NCBI GenBank assembly: GCA_045616665.1
Contig: JAZLHE010000056.1
Coordinates: 691-64,690, forward strand
DNA length: 64,000 nucleotides
Origin: Bacteroidales bacterium
GTDB taxonomy: Bacteria; Bacteroidota; Bacteroidia; Bacteroidales; WCHB1-69
Direction: 5' to 3'
The notes under the pieces: model-generated
Seen by the model: only the letters and a program-made list of their open reading frames with translations
What the model was told of the DNA's origin: nothing
The model's database searches: none
Program-made: the position numbers and the translations under genes
In this document: positions 20,598 through 29,325 of the stretch, piece by piece
Layout of the letters: each line of letters begins with the position of its first letter
How positions within the stretch are numbered: position 1 is the first letter of the stretch

Positions 20598-22916
20598 TCA
20601 ATAGTACCAAACACTGTTTTTCCAATCAGCGTTGTTCTTCCCGTAATCCCTCCATCTGTCGCAAAAAACATTCCGAACGTCTTTCTTAAACTTTTTTTCG
20701 GAAGCATACTTGTGTTGGACAATCACCTGCAAATCTTTTCGATGTTGGCTATGGAGAATTTCACATTTCAGAGAAAAAATCCGGTCTTTTCTATAAGTAA
20801 GAGCTTGGTCAAGCCTGCGGTTCACATTGATTTGCCAAAGTCTAAGCTGAGGATCGTCATTCTCCGTTAAGTCCTCCAAAAAATTGCCCAAATCTACATA
20901 ACTAATACCATAATTGCTTAAAAACCACGCTCTTCCCTTATAACTTTGATAAAGTCCCAAAGCATAGGCATAAGCGGCATTGGCTCGCTCCTCATCAGTT
21001 TTAGCCGACTTACATTCCTTGCTCAAACGTAGCATAATTTGGCAAAAATTCAGCTTACTTGGATTTTTGGCGTATGCGTCCGCAGGATTAAAGGAAAGCT
21101 TGAATTTTCCTTGCAGTTCCTTATTCGTAATCCATCTTTCGACAAAGGGATTGTGTTTATCATCGAAATATTCCGCTATATTTTGTGTCTTCAAGAATTC
21201 TTCACTCACTTTTTGAAAATAGGGAATGGCTTTCGCATATTGTTCCTGTCGCAAATATTTTGTACCAATGAGTTCATAGAAATAATTCAAATCCTTATAA
21301 CTGTTTCGGATGAGATATTTTTCCATTGGGGTTTGGCCGCCAGAACGAATAAATGTCACATATTGCAATAAAGTCTCGACATTAACCGTATCTATATATT
21401 GAAACAGCTTTGTGCCGTAGTCAAAATTCAGACAATAGGACAGGGTATCAATATATCCTTCACGACGTATCGGTGGATGCTTATAGCATTTCCCCGATTC
21501 ATTCACTTTGGCAATAAATTTCCCTTTCCTCGCAAGGTTTCGGATTTTTTTATCATTGTAATAAACTTCAGTATATAGATTTAAATAAGCAATGACTTTA
21601 TGCGATTGATTCATTCTTTCAAAATGCGGAATAACGCCAAGAAAAATCACCCGACGGAACACCTTTACATAATGCGCGGCAAGAGAGGGGTGTTGATATT
21701 CTATTGAACAATCAGGATATAGTGCACCATAAGTTTTGTCATATTTGAAGTATTCTATATCACTCTTTTTCAAATCACTATTGATTTTATTGCTTAACCA
21801 TTTCAAGTCGGGATAAAGGGTTTCTTCGTACAAGCTGTCGTTATCACTGCGTGTGGAATTAAAAAGCAGCTTCATCAGCCGAATATTCTCTTTCACCATA
21901 GCGGTTCCCTGCAGTTTTTCAGCCTCTTTTAGAATTTTCAAAGCATCCTCGTGATTTCGATTGATATAGGCCAGCGCCGCCTGTGCCGATTTCCATAAGG
22001 CAGGATTCCGGGTTTTGCCCTCACGGAGCACCTCGTCCGCCAAACGATTGAACGCCATTGCCCTTTCAGCTTTCGGATGATCAAAATAATAATTGACAAA
22101 TTGCTGCAACATAAATTCAAAACATTCATTGTTGGGAGTTTGTTGGTATATCGTACGCAGCACGGCAGGATCATAATGCAGATTGATATCACAGTAACCG
22201 ATATTGGCATAAACGACAGCCGCTTCTGCCTTACGTTTGAGCCGAAGCAACGCGCCGCCATAATAATTTTGGCATTGGGTTCGCAAGACACTTTGAGGTA
22301 TATTTTTGCCATAGCTATCCCAAACAGACACACATTTCTGATATTCCGCACAATAAAAATACTTGCGCATCAACTGCAACACATAACGATTTCGAATGTG
22401 ACGATTGTTACATTGTATTATGCAACTTTCATCCAATTCGCGAACCTTGAATATACTCACATCCATTTTTTGTTTTGACGGATCGGTCGGATCACACCAA
22501 TCATCATAATGGCCGACATTATAGTACCAAGCAGACTGCTTCCAAGCGACCTCCTTGATAGCCGCTTCGTCTGTCACCTTCAAACTCTGCCAATATTGCA
22601 GGGCAGTCGTGTCATTATGCTTTATCAAATATCTGAAAAAGTCATTGCCGGTCTTGTTATTCAGACAATAAACACGGTATAACGCATCCTCCACCGATTT
22701 CCGCGATACCGACTTTTTCACATATTGGTGCCAGAACTCAATATTTTCTTTGCGAAATTGTTCGTCCAACACCCTTTGCCAATCCCCTTCGCCAGGATAT
22801 CCCGTATAAAAAAACCAATGGTATTGCGGATCAACTTCATAACCTCCAACACATCCATCAGCTGAAAAACAGCGAACCAAAAATAATAAACTAATTAAAA
22901 AATGCCTGAATTTCAT
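20598..22916 (-). CDS. Secreted hypothetical protein (772 aa), helical-repeat-like
   Basis: N-terminal signal peptide MKFRHFLISLLFLVRCFS. I recognise no catalytic motif. Its start overlaps the end of the upstream gene by 26 nt. Confidence 0.5.
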   Translation of the reverse strand: MKFRHFLISLLFLVRCFSADGCVGGYEVDPQYHWFFYTGYPGEGDWQRVLDEQFRKENIEFWHQYVKKSVSRKSVEDALYRVYCLNNKTGNDFFRYLIKHNDTTALQYWQSLKVTDEAAIKEVAWKQSAWYYNVGHYDDWCDPTDPSKQKMDVSIFKVRELDESCIIQCNNRHIRNRYVLQLMRKYFYCAEYQKCVSVWDSYGKNIPQSVLRTQCQNYYGGALLRLKRKAEAAVVYANIGYCDINLHYDPAVLRTIYQQTPNNECFEFMLQQFVNYYFDHPKAERAMAFNRLADEVLREGKTRNPALWKSAQAALAYINRNHEDALKILKEAEKLQGTAMVKENIRLMKLLFNSTRSDNDSLYEETLYPDLKWLSNKINSDLKKSDIEYFKYDKTYGALYPDCSIEYQHPSLAAHYVKVFRRVIFLGVIPHFERMNQSHKVIAYLNLYTEVYYNDKKIRNLARKGKFIAKVNESGKCYKHPPIRREGYIDTLSYCLNFDYGTKLFQYIDTVNVETLLQYVTFIRSGGQTPMEKYLIRNSYKDLNYFYELIGTKYLRQEQYAKAIPYFQKVSEEFLKTQNIAEYFDDKHNPFVERWITNKELQGKFKLSFNPADAYAKNPSKLNFCQIMLRLSKECKSAKTDEERANAAYAYALGLYQSYKGRAWFLSNYGISYVDLGNFLEDLTENDDPQLRLWQINVNRRLDQALTYRKDRIFSLKCEILHSQHRKDLQVIVQHKYASEKKFKKDVRNVFCDRWRDYGKNNADWKNSVWYY

Positions 22917-23943
22917 CGTCTGAATATTTTGAAAGTTGTTTTGCCTCTAAGTGGTAAAGTATGACGGATTTATCGCTACAATAACGACTCAACAGTTTTT
23001 TCGCCTCTAAAATCGTTTGGGCCGAAACTTCCTCATAACGGACATATTTCGTGGCACTCTCGGGCAACCTGTCAATCAGCTCGTAACGATTGCCCGATAG
23101 AAGTCTGTATTTTGTGGTGTCATTAACAGGACAATCAGATTTATTGAGACAGACAAATTCCTTGTTTTCATCAAACTCCACACACCAAGAATACGTCGGA
23201 AGAGCCAAAGTCAAAGGCAACGGGTAATCTTTCAGCTTGCGATTCACATATTGTTTTACGTCTTTCACATCCAAAATTGAATTTTCCGTGTCAAAATTCT
23301 TGAAATCGCCTGTATTGTAACACATTAGCACGCCATAATCTGCCTTAGGCGCTTCCTGCGTAAGCTGATGCAATCGAATGGTGGTGGAAATCTTAAGGGT
23401 ATCTTGAAAATACTGATTCAAATACTCACGAACATCCGTAAGAAACGTAAAATAGTCCTGTTGGGTGGAAGTGGTCCAATCACAATCAAACTGTACTTCT
23501 TTGATATCAATATTGTTGTCTGTGCACATCGCAAACAATCTATGGGCAAGATGGTCGGTAAACGTTGAATATGATCTTATCGCTTCCGGCGTAATAAAAA
23601 CAACCGGTACGATTTCTATACCTGAATTTTGCACAGAATCCAAATCAAATACAGAAAATTCGACACTGGCCACTGGAGCGCACACGTCATTGAAATTCGG
23701 ATTTCGGTTTATATCCACATCAAAAAAGCGAACATATATTTTCTTTATCTCATTGTCTATCAAAAATCTACGTTCTGCGTCATTGAATGAGAAAAAAGTA
23801 CGCCAATAATACACTGAATTTTTCTGCGGGATGGTTTCCTTCGAACCACACAGATATTCGGATGGAATTCGATTGGCAAGGAAAATGACGAAGAAGAGCA
23901 ACACGGCGGCTACAATTAGTAAGATCAAATGGGATTTTTTCAT
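22891..23943 (-). CDS. Membrane-anchored hypothetical protein, possibly DUF3142-like
   Basis: I prefer the start at ATG 23943 (MKKSHLILLIVAAVLLFFVIF). A minus-strand tatttttg box at 23967-23974 lies inside the longer track ORF. The segment EVQFDCDWTTSTQQDYFTFLTDVREYL resembles the DUF3142 core as I remember it. Confidence 0.5.
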   Translation of the reverse strand: MKKSHLILLIVAAVLLFFVIFLANRIPSEYLCGSKETIPQKNSVYYWRTFFSFNDAERRFLIDNEIKKIYVRFFDVDINRNPNFNDVCAPVASVEFSVFDLDSVQNSGIEIVPVVFITPEAIRSYSTFTDHLAHRLFAMCTDNNIDIKEVQFDCDWTTSTQQDYFTFLTDVREYLNQYFQDTLKISTTIRLHQLTQEAPKADYGVLMCYNTGDFKNFDTENSILDVKDVKQYVNRKLKDYPLPLTLALPTYSWCVEFDENKEFVCLNKSDCPVNDTTKYRLLSGNRYELIDRLPESATKYVRYEEVSAQTILEAKKLLSRYCSDKSVILYHLEAKQLSKYSDDEIQAFFN

Positions 23944-24110
23944 ATTCCAAAGATTTAATATTTTAGCAAAAATAGCATTATAATACACCCATTGAACCTT
24001 TTTGCCCTGCCTAATGTACGAAATTCCGTATCTATTGTATGAATCGACGAGAAGTACATCCATACACAATAAATTTCAATGAAAAAACGATTCATTTTGT
24101 AGTTATTTTG

Positions 24111-24118
24111 TATCTTTG
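24111..24118 (+). promoter_or_regulatory. -7 promoter box for the M16 peptidase gene
   Basis: tatctttg lies 71 nt upstream of ATG 24189. Confidence 0.45.
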
Positions 24119-24188
24119 CCGTCAAATAATAACTCTTATTGGAAAATAATTTATATTGTCAATATAACAAATTAAAAACCAACGATTT

Positions 24189-27110
24189 ATGAAAAAACTC
24201 AGATTATCGGCCATCGTATTTACGATGATTATGTTGTGTATCGGTTCTCTGTTCGCACAGAAATCATACACCTACAAAACTTTCCCTAACGATCCCCTTC
24301 AGGTTCGTGAATACACTTTGGACAACGGTTTGAAAGTGTATATGAGCGTTTACAAGGACGCCCCTAAAATCCAGACCTACATTGCCGTTCGCGCGGGAAG
24401 CAAAAACGACCCACACGAAACCACTGGTTTGGCCCACTATTTGGAACACATGATGTTCAAGGGCAGCGAACGCCTTGGCACTTCCGACTGGGAAAAGGAA
24501 AAAGTGCTGATTCAAAAAATTGAAGACCTTTTTGAGGCCTATCGTATGTTTGACGACCAAGCCACCCGCACGGCTATCTATCATAAAATCGACAGTCTTT
24601 CGTACGAGGCATCAAAGATTGCCATTGCCAACGAATACGACAAAGCAATGAGCTGTATCGGTTCGGAAGGAACCAACGCATTCACCAGCAACGACTTCAC
24701 GATGTATGTTGAAAACATTCCCAACAACCAGTTGGAAACCTGGTGCGACGTTGAAGCCGACCGTTTCCAACACTTGGTACTTCGTTTGTTCCACACCGAA
24801 TTGGAAACCATCTATGAAGAGAAAAACATGAGTTTGACCAAAGACGGCCGCCGCGTAAACGAACAAATGTTCGCAGCCCTGTTTCCTCATCATCCATATG
24901 GCACACAAACCACTTTGGGAGAACAGGAACACCTCAAAAATCCTTCTATGCGCAACATTCGCAACTTCGTAGCCACTTATTATGTGCCCAACAATATGTG
25001 TATCAGCTTGGCCGGTGATTTCAATCCCGACGAAGCCATTGCCATCATCGACAAATATTGGGGAAATATGAAGCCCGGCAATGTTCCTGTGTTCCAAAAA
25101 ATTCCAGAAAGTCCTATTACCACCCCTATCGTTAAGACTATCACTGGTTTAGATCCTGAAAACACCACTATTGCCTATCGTATTGACGCCGGTAACGGCA
25201 GTCACGAAGTGCTGCTGGCTTCCTTGCTCGAATCCGTATTGAATAACGGCAAATGCGGTTTGATTGACATCAACATCAACCAACAGCAAAAATGCTTGGG
25301 CGCCTACGCTGGATGCTACGCTTTGAATGACTATTCCGCATTCATGTTCGGCGGCAGTCCAAACCAAGGTCAGACTTTGGAACAACTCCAACAGCTTTTG
25401 TTTGAGCAAATCGCATTGGTTAAGAAAGGCGAATTTGACGAAAGCATTCTCGAAGCTGCCATCAACAATATGAAACTCAGCATTATGAAGATGGCGGAAA
25501 GTAATAACAGCCGTGCTTCTCAAATGGCCTACGCATTTGTGGAACACCAAGATTGGGGCGATGTTTGCAACGAACTTAACGAATTGGCGAAAATCTCTAA
25601 AAAAGACTTGGTTGACTTTGCCAATCAAATCTTCAAAGACAATAATTATGTAATTATCAACAAATTACAAGGCGAACCTGATCCTGTATTGAAGGTTTCC
25701 AAACCTGCCATCACTCCTATCGAAGTAAGCCGCGACAAAGAAAGCGCATTCTTGAAAGATATCAAGAACCGTCAGGTGACTCCTATCGAACCTGCATACG
25801 TGGATTTCAGCAAGGATTTGCAAAAAAGCAAGATGAATAACGGTGCCGAAATTCTTTATGTAAAGAATGTTGAAAACAAGACTTTCAACTTAAATTATTA
25901 CTTCGATTTCGGTTATCGTGCCGATAAGACCATCGATTTGGCTGCCGACTTGATGGATTACTTGGGAACTTCAAAACATACTCCCGAACAATTACAACTT
26001 GAATTCTACAAACTCGCCTGCAACTATTCTTTAAGTGTGGGCAACGAAAATATCGTGGTCAGCATCAGTGGTTTAAGCGAAAATATGGAAAAGGCCATGG
26101 CCTTGGTAGAAGAAATATTTGCTGACGTTCAACCCAATGAGGAAGCCCTTCAAATGCTTGTTTCAAGAATCATCAAGAGCCGTACCGACAACAAGCAAAA
26201 CCAACAACGTGCATTTAGCGCCTTGCGCAACTATGGCGTTTATGGCGAAGACAGCCCAACAAAGGACGTACTCAGCGAAAGCCAATTGAAAGCATACAAC
26301 AGCCAGCAGCTCTGCGATGCCATCAAGCAGTTATTCAACTACAAACACCGCATTCTATACTATGGTCCTGAAAGTATGGATAACTTGAAGGCCATCATCG
26401 CCCGCGACCACAAAATGCCGGCCAAATTTGCCAAAACTCCCGTAAACAAGAAATTGGTGCCTAACGCAGTAAACGAAAACACCATTTACTTCGTTGACTA
26501 CAACGCCAACCAAACCTATATGCAGGAATACCTCCGCGGTGACAAATTCGATGTCAAGATTCTGCCTCAATTGAACTTGTTCAACGAATATTTCGGTGGA
26601 TCTATGAACGCCATCGTATTCCAGGAAATGCGTGAAAAACGCTCTTTGGCCTACAGTGCTCAAAGTTATTATGTGACACCTAACCGCAAAGACGGCTATT
26701 TCACCAATGTGGCCATTATTGCCACTCAAAACGACAAACTGCTTGACGCTATGAACGCTTTCAACGACTTGTTTGAAAACATGCCTGTGGCTGAAGCCAA
26801 CTTCAAGCTGGCTCAAGACGCCGCAATAAGCAGCATCCGCACCGACCGCACCACGAAATTCTCCATCATCAACAGTTACCTCACTTACGAAAAAATGGGT
26901 TTCGATATGAAGAAAACCCGTGGCCAGATTTTATTTGAAACCTATCCTACATTGTCTATGCAGGATTTGGTGAACTTTAACCACAAATACCTCAAAGGAC
27001 AAAAGAAATTTTACCTGGTTTTAGGTCGCGAATCCGATATGGACTTCAACGCTTTGTCAAAATTTGGTAAAGTTAAAAAATTAACTTTGGAAGATATTTT
27101 CGGATACTAA
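24189..27110 (+). CDS. M16-family (pitrilysin/insulinase-like) zinc peptidase, secreted
   Basis: 973 aa. Signal peptide, inverted zinc motif HYLEHMMFKG (HxxEH), and a double-length M16 architecture. Confidence 0.9.
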   Translation: MKKLRLSAIVFTMIMLCIGSLFAQKSYTYKTFPNDPLQVREYTLDNGLKVYMSVYKDAPKIQTYIAVRAGSKNDPHETTGLAHYLEHMMFKGSERLGTSDWEKEKVLIQKIEDLFEAYRMFDDQATRTAIYHKIDSLSYEASKIAIANEYDKAMSCIGSEGTNAFTSNDFTMYVENIPNNQLETWCDVEADRFQHLVLRLFHTELETIYEEKNMSLTKDGRRVNEQMFAALFPHHPYGTQTTLGEQEHLKNPSMRNIRNFVATYYVPNNMCISLAGDFNPDEAIAIIDKYWGNMKPGNVPVFQKIPESPITTPIVKTITGLDPENTTIAYRIDAGNGSHEVLLASLLESVLNNGKCGLIDININQQQKCLGAYAGCYALNDYSAFMFGGSPNQGQTLEQLQQLLFEQIALVKKGEFDESILEAAINNMKLSIMKMAESNNSRASQMAYAFVEHQDWGDVCNELNELAKISKKDLVDFANQIFKDNNYVIINKLQGEPDPVLKVSKPAITPIEVSRDKESAFLKDIKNRQVTPIEPAYVDFSKDLQKSKMNNGAEILYVKNVENKTFNLNYYFDFGYRADKTIDLAADLMDYLGTSKHTPEQLQLEFYKLACNYSLSVGNENIVVSISGLSENMEKAMALVEEIFADVQPNEEALQMLVSRIIKSRTDNKQNQQRAFSALRNYGVYGEDSPTKDVLSESQLKAYNSQQLCDAIKQLFNYKHRILYYGPESMDNLKAIIARDHKMPAKFAKTPVNKKLVPNAVNENTIYFVDYNANQTYMQEYLRGDKFDVKILPQLNLFNEYFGGSMNAIVFQEMREKRSLAYSAQSYYVTPNRKDGYFTNVAIIATQNDKLLDAMNAFNDLFENMPVAEANFKLAQDAAISSIRTDRTTKFSIINSYLTYEKMGFDMKKTRGQILFETYPTLSMQDLVNFNHKYLKGQKKFYLVLGRESDMDFNALSKFGKVKKLTLEDIFGY

Positions 27111-27131
27111 ACCATCAATGATATCCTGGAA

Positions 27132-27164
27132 GGGAAGTGTTCAAGCGAATACTTCCCTTTTTTT
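27132..27164 (+). terminator. Rho-independent terminator after the M16 gene
   Basis: 7-bp stem gggaagt / acttccc followed by T7. Confidence 0.7.
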
Positions 27165-27199
27165 ATGGAAATTTGTCGTATTTTTGCAAAAAAAGAACG

Positions 27200-27745
27200 A
27201 TGTCCATTTTACTCCGATCCGCCTCCATTCAAGATGTGTCCTTTGTGGCCTGGACCATTGTCACCGCCGTCGGTATCAGCCAAACAGACGAAGCGCTATT
27301 GAAACAGGTTGCCGCGATATGCAGCCGGGAAGACGTGCTCTATAGTTGGAAAAACTCGATCATTGCCGAATTTGACGGGCAAGCTGCCGGCGGTCTCTGT
27401 TGCTATGAGGGCAAAAGATACCAAGCGATGAGGGGCGTCACCTTTCCCATCATTGCCCAACATACCGGGAATGATTTCAGCAAAATGGATTTGGAAACCG
27501 TACCCGGCGAGTATTACATAGACTCGATGGCCGTGCTTCCCGAATACCGGCATCGTGGAGTGGCAACGGCCTTGCTGACCGAAGGCATTCGCCAAGCGAC
27601 GGAATTAGGGATAAAGCAAGTGTCTATGATTGTATCTCCTGAAAATCCTGCGGCCCAACGGCTTTACGAATCGATGGGATTCCGCTACCGTGGCAACATT
27701 TCCGCCTTTGGCGAACCCTACCGGAAAATGATTAAGGAGATATAG
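27200..27745 (+). CDS. GNAT-family N-acetyltransferase
   Basis: Acetyl-CoA motif SMAVLPEYRHRGVATALL...AQRLYESMGF. A tatttttg box at 27179-27186 lies inside the longer track ORF, so ATG 27200 (MSILLRSA..) is the likelier start. Confidence 0.85.
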   Translation: MSILLRSASIQDVSFVAWTIVTAVGISQTDEALLKQVAAICSREDVLYSWKNSIIAEFDGQAAGGLCCYEGKRYQAMRGVTFPIIAQHTGNDFSKMDLETVPGEYYIDSMAVLPEYRHRGVATALLTEGIRQATELGIKQVSMIVSPENPAAQRLYESMGFRYRGNISAFGEPYRKMIKEI

Positions 27746-27844
27746 GCATCAAAGTCCATTGGTGAGACTACTCGAAATTAAATCTTATAAGATTGAAAAA
27801 ACTCAATTATTTTTCATCAATTATAAGACGGAGTAAGTTTTCGA

Positions 27845-28141
27845 CTATAATTTGCTGGTTATATCCATACTTTCGTGAAGGATTCTGATTATCGTAACAA
27901 GGTCATCTGCTGAATATTTATAAAAAATCAAGTGCTTATGACAATGTCTGCACTTCAGGCCAGACTGTATTTCAGCGTATTCCTTGTCTGCATTGAAACT
28001 ATCTTTACAAACGCTCTCACAAGCGGTTATCAAGTCATGATAATATTGATCGGCCTGCTTCTCTGACCAGACTTCGCACGTGTAAAGCCAAATAGAATCC
28101 AAATCTTCTATGGCCTTATTTGTCAATTGATAATTAGCCAT
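27845..28141 (-). CDS. parE: Type II toxin, RelE/ParE family (ParE-like)
   Basis: 98 aa. The pattern Y.LT..A..DL..IW.YT...W...QA..Y, then [21 protein letters not shown], is typical of ParE. It overlaps the antitoxin gene by 8 nt. Confidence 0.85.
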   Translation of the reverse strand: MANYQLTNKAIEDLDSIWLYTCEVWSEKQADQYYHDLITACESVCKDSFNADKEYAEIQSGLKCRHCHKHLIFYKYSADDLVTIIRILHESMDITSKL

Positions 28142-28379
28142 TGCGATGCTTTTTCTTCAATTCTTGCAAATGTTTTTTGGAATCGAAATTCTCGCAAATA
28201 CCACTTTCTTCACCTTCGTGGATGGCAGCACTCAGTTGCTGCAGTTTTTTTTCGTTTTCCTCTAAAAGTCGCAAACCCGCACGAATCACTTCACTTGCAT
28301 TATTGTACCGCCCTGATTGGATAGTAGAACTGATGAAATTTTCAAAGTAAGGACCTAAAGCGACCGATGTATTTTTCAT
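28134..28379 (-). CDS. parD: Type II antitoxin, ParD family (ribbon-helix-helix)
   Basis: From ATG 28379: [43 protein letters not shown].., the canonical ParD N-terminus. Confidence 0.85.
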   Translation of the reverse strand: MKNTSVALGPYFENFISSTIQSGRYNNASEVIRAGLRLLEENEKKLQQLSAAIHEGEESGICENFDSKKHLQELKKKHRNG

Positions 28380-28404
28380 AAGTAATAAATTTAGAACTGC
28401 AAAA

Positions 28405-28497
28405 TTACCAAAATTTGGTAACAATTGGAACAATTACCATCTTTTTTCTTGAGTTTTACCCAAATCAATGATTTTTTTACCGTTTTTGGTAAAACTC
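28405..28497. promoter_or_regulatory. Palindromic TTACC/GGTAA sites upstream of parDE (candidate operator)
   Basis: A perfect 8-1-8 palindrome ttaccaaaatttggtaa lies at 28405-28421. A 10-bp inverted repeat gagttttacc / ggtaaaactc lies at 28451-28460 / 28488-28497. Confidence 0.4.
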
Positions 28498-28703
28498 AAC
28501 TGCTCTGTCTTTTAGCATCAAAGTCCTTTTTCGTGGCAACAGATGAAAAATATGGTGCTTTTTGTTTCTAAACCGATAAATATCAATCACTTTGCCAATG
28601 AAGCAACAAAATGATTGTCAATTAAATTCATTAATAATCAGATGGTTATAAGTTAATTTTTTCCATTCTTCTATGGTTTAGCACACAGCAATAAAAAAAC
28701 GAA

Positions 28704-28973
28704 ATTATCCCTTTCTGTCTTGTAGAGAGATTCCTTCGCTACGCTTCGGAATGACGATGCGCTGCACACAAGAAAATGGCGGCGACGGAAAGTAATAACG
28801 CAACAATACTGTCGTGGTGTCGCCGCAGTAATCGCGATTGCGGCGGCATCACACACCGACCCTGATCGACCACCTTGCGCCGCCGCTTCACTATGTTCCC
28901 CGAGTGCACTCGTCATCCAGAGCGGAGCACAGCGGAGTGAAGGGGTCTCAACAAGATTAAACGGGATAATCCC
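28704..28973. repeat. MITE-like intergenic repeat, long copy
   Basis: Left end attatccctttctgtcttgtagagagattcc, right end caacaagattaaacgggataatccc, with a G+C-rich interior. The track ORFs 28671-28916 and 28913-29179 lie across it and look spurious. Confidence 0.6.
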
Positions 28974-29021
28974 GTAAAAAAATTCAAAATCTCACAAATA
29001 AGTGATTTTTGGGAAAAATGT

Positions 29022-29029
29022 GTATTTTT
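29022..29029 (+). promoter_or_regulatory. -7 promoter box ~300 nt upstream of the MBOAT gene
   Basis: tatttttg. It implies a long 5' leader. Confidence 0.45.
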
Positions 29030-29123
29030 GCAGAATATAAAGAATTCATTGTTAAATATAAAAACAGTATATAGAAAAATAGAATAACATAGTAATAATC
29101 TGAGCTTTACGCTCTTGTTCTCT

Positions 29124-29276
29124 ACTCCGTAAACGACCAATTTATTTAGTAGGTGAGAATAAGATAGCGGAAGGTTCACGTCTTAGGCGTGAACTGTTTC
29201 GTGCTTATTTACCTACAAGGCTTTGGTCGGCCCACGGAGTGAAATAAGCGACTAAGAAACGGCGAGCGCCTTTTTT
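29124..29276 (+). ncRNA. Candidate structured 5' leader RNA of the MBOAT operon
   Basis: Five nested helices. P1 is actccgt 29124-30 / acggagt 29234-40. P2 is cgaccaa 29134-40 / ttggtcg 29223-29. P3 is gtaggt 29149-54 / acctac 29211-16. P4 is aataag 29158-63 / cttatt 29204-09. P5 is gttcacg 29174-80 / cgtgaac 29188-94. An alternative 8-bp pairing joins gcttattt 29203-10 with aaataagc 29242-49. A T6 run follows at 29271-76. Confidence 0.4.
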
Positions 29277-29325
29277 AGTTGGGAAGAGTTCCAAGAGTAG
29301 GAAGCTTTAAACGACACATTAAACA

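Noticed and set aside
23944-24069. 42-aa N-terminal extension of the DUF3142-like ORF
   Set aside because: A -7 promoter box lies inside the extension, and a canonical signal-anchor begins at the internal Met.
24264-26816. Several 100-160-aa minus-strand ORFs
   Set aside because: They are antisense shadows of the M16 peptidase gene.
28671-29179. 81-aa and 88-aa minus-strand ORFs
   Set aside because: They run through the MITE-like repeat and the AT-rich promoter region. Equivalent pseudo-ORFs arise wherever the repeat occurs.
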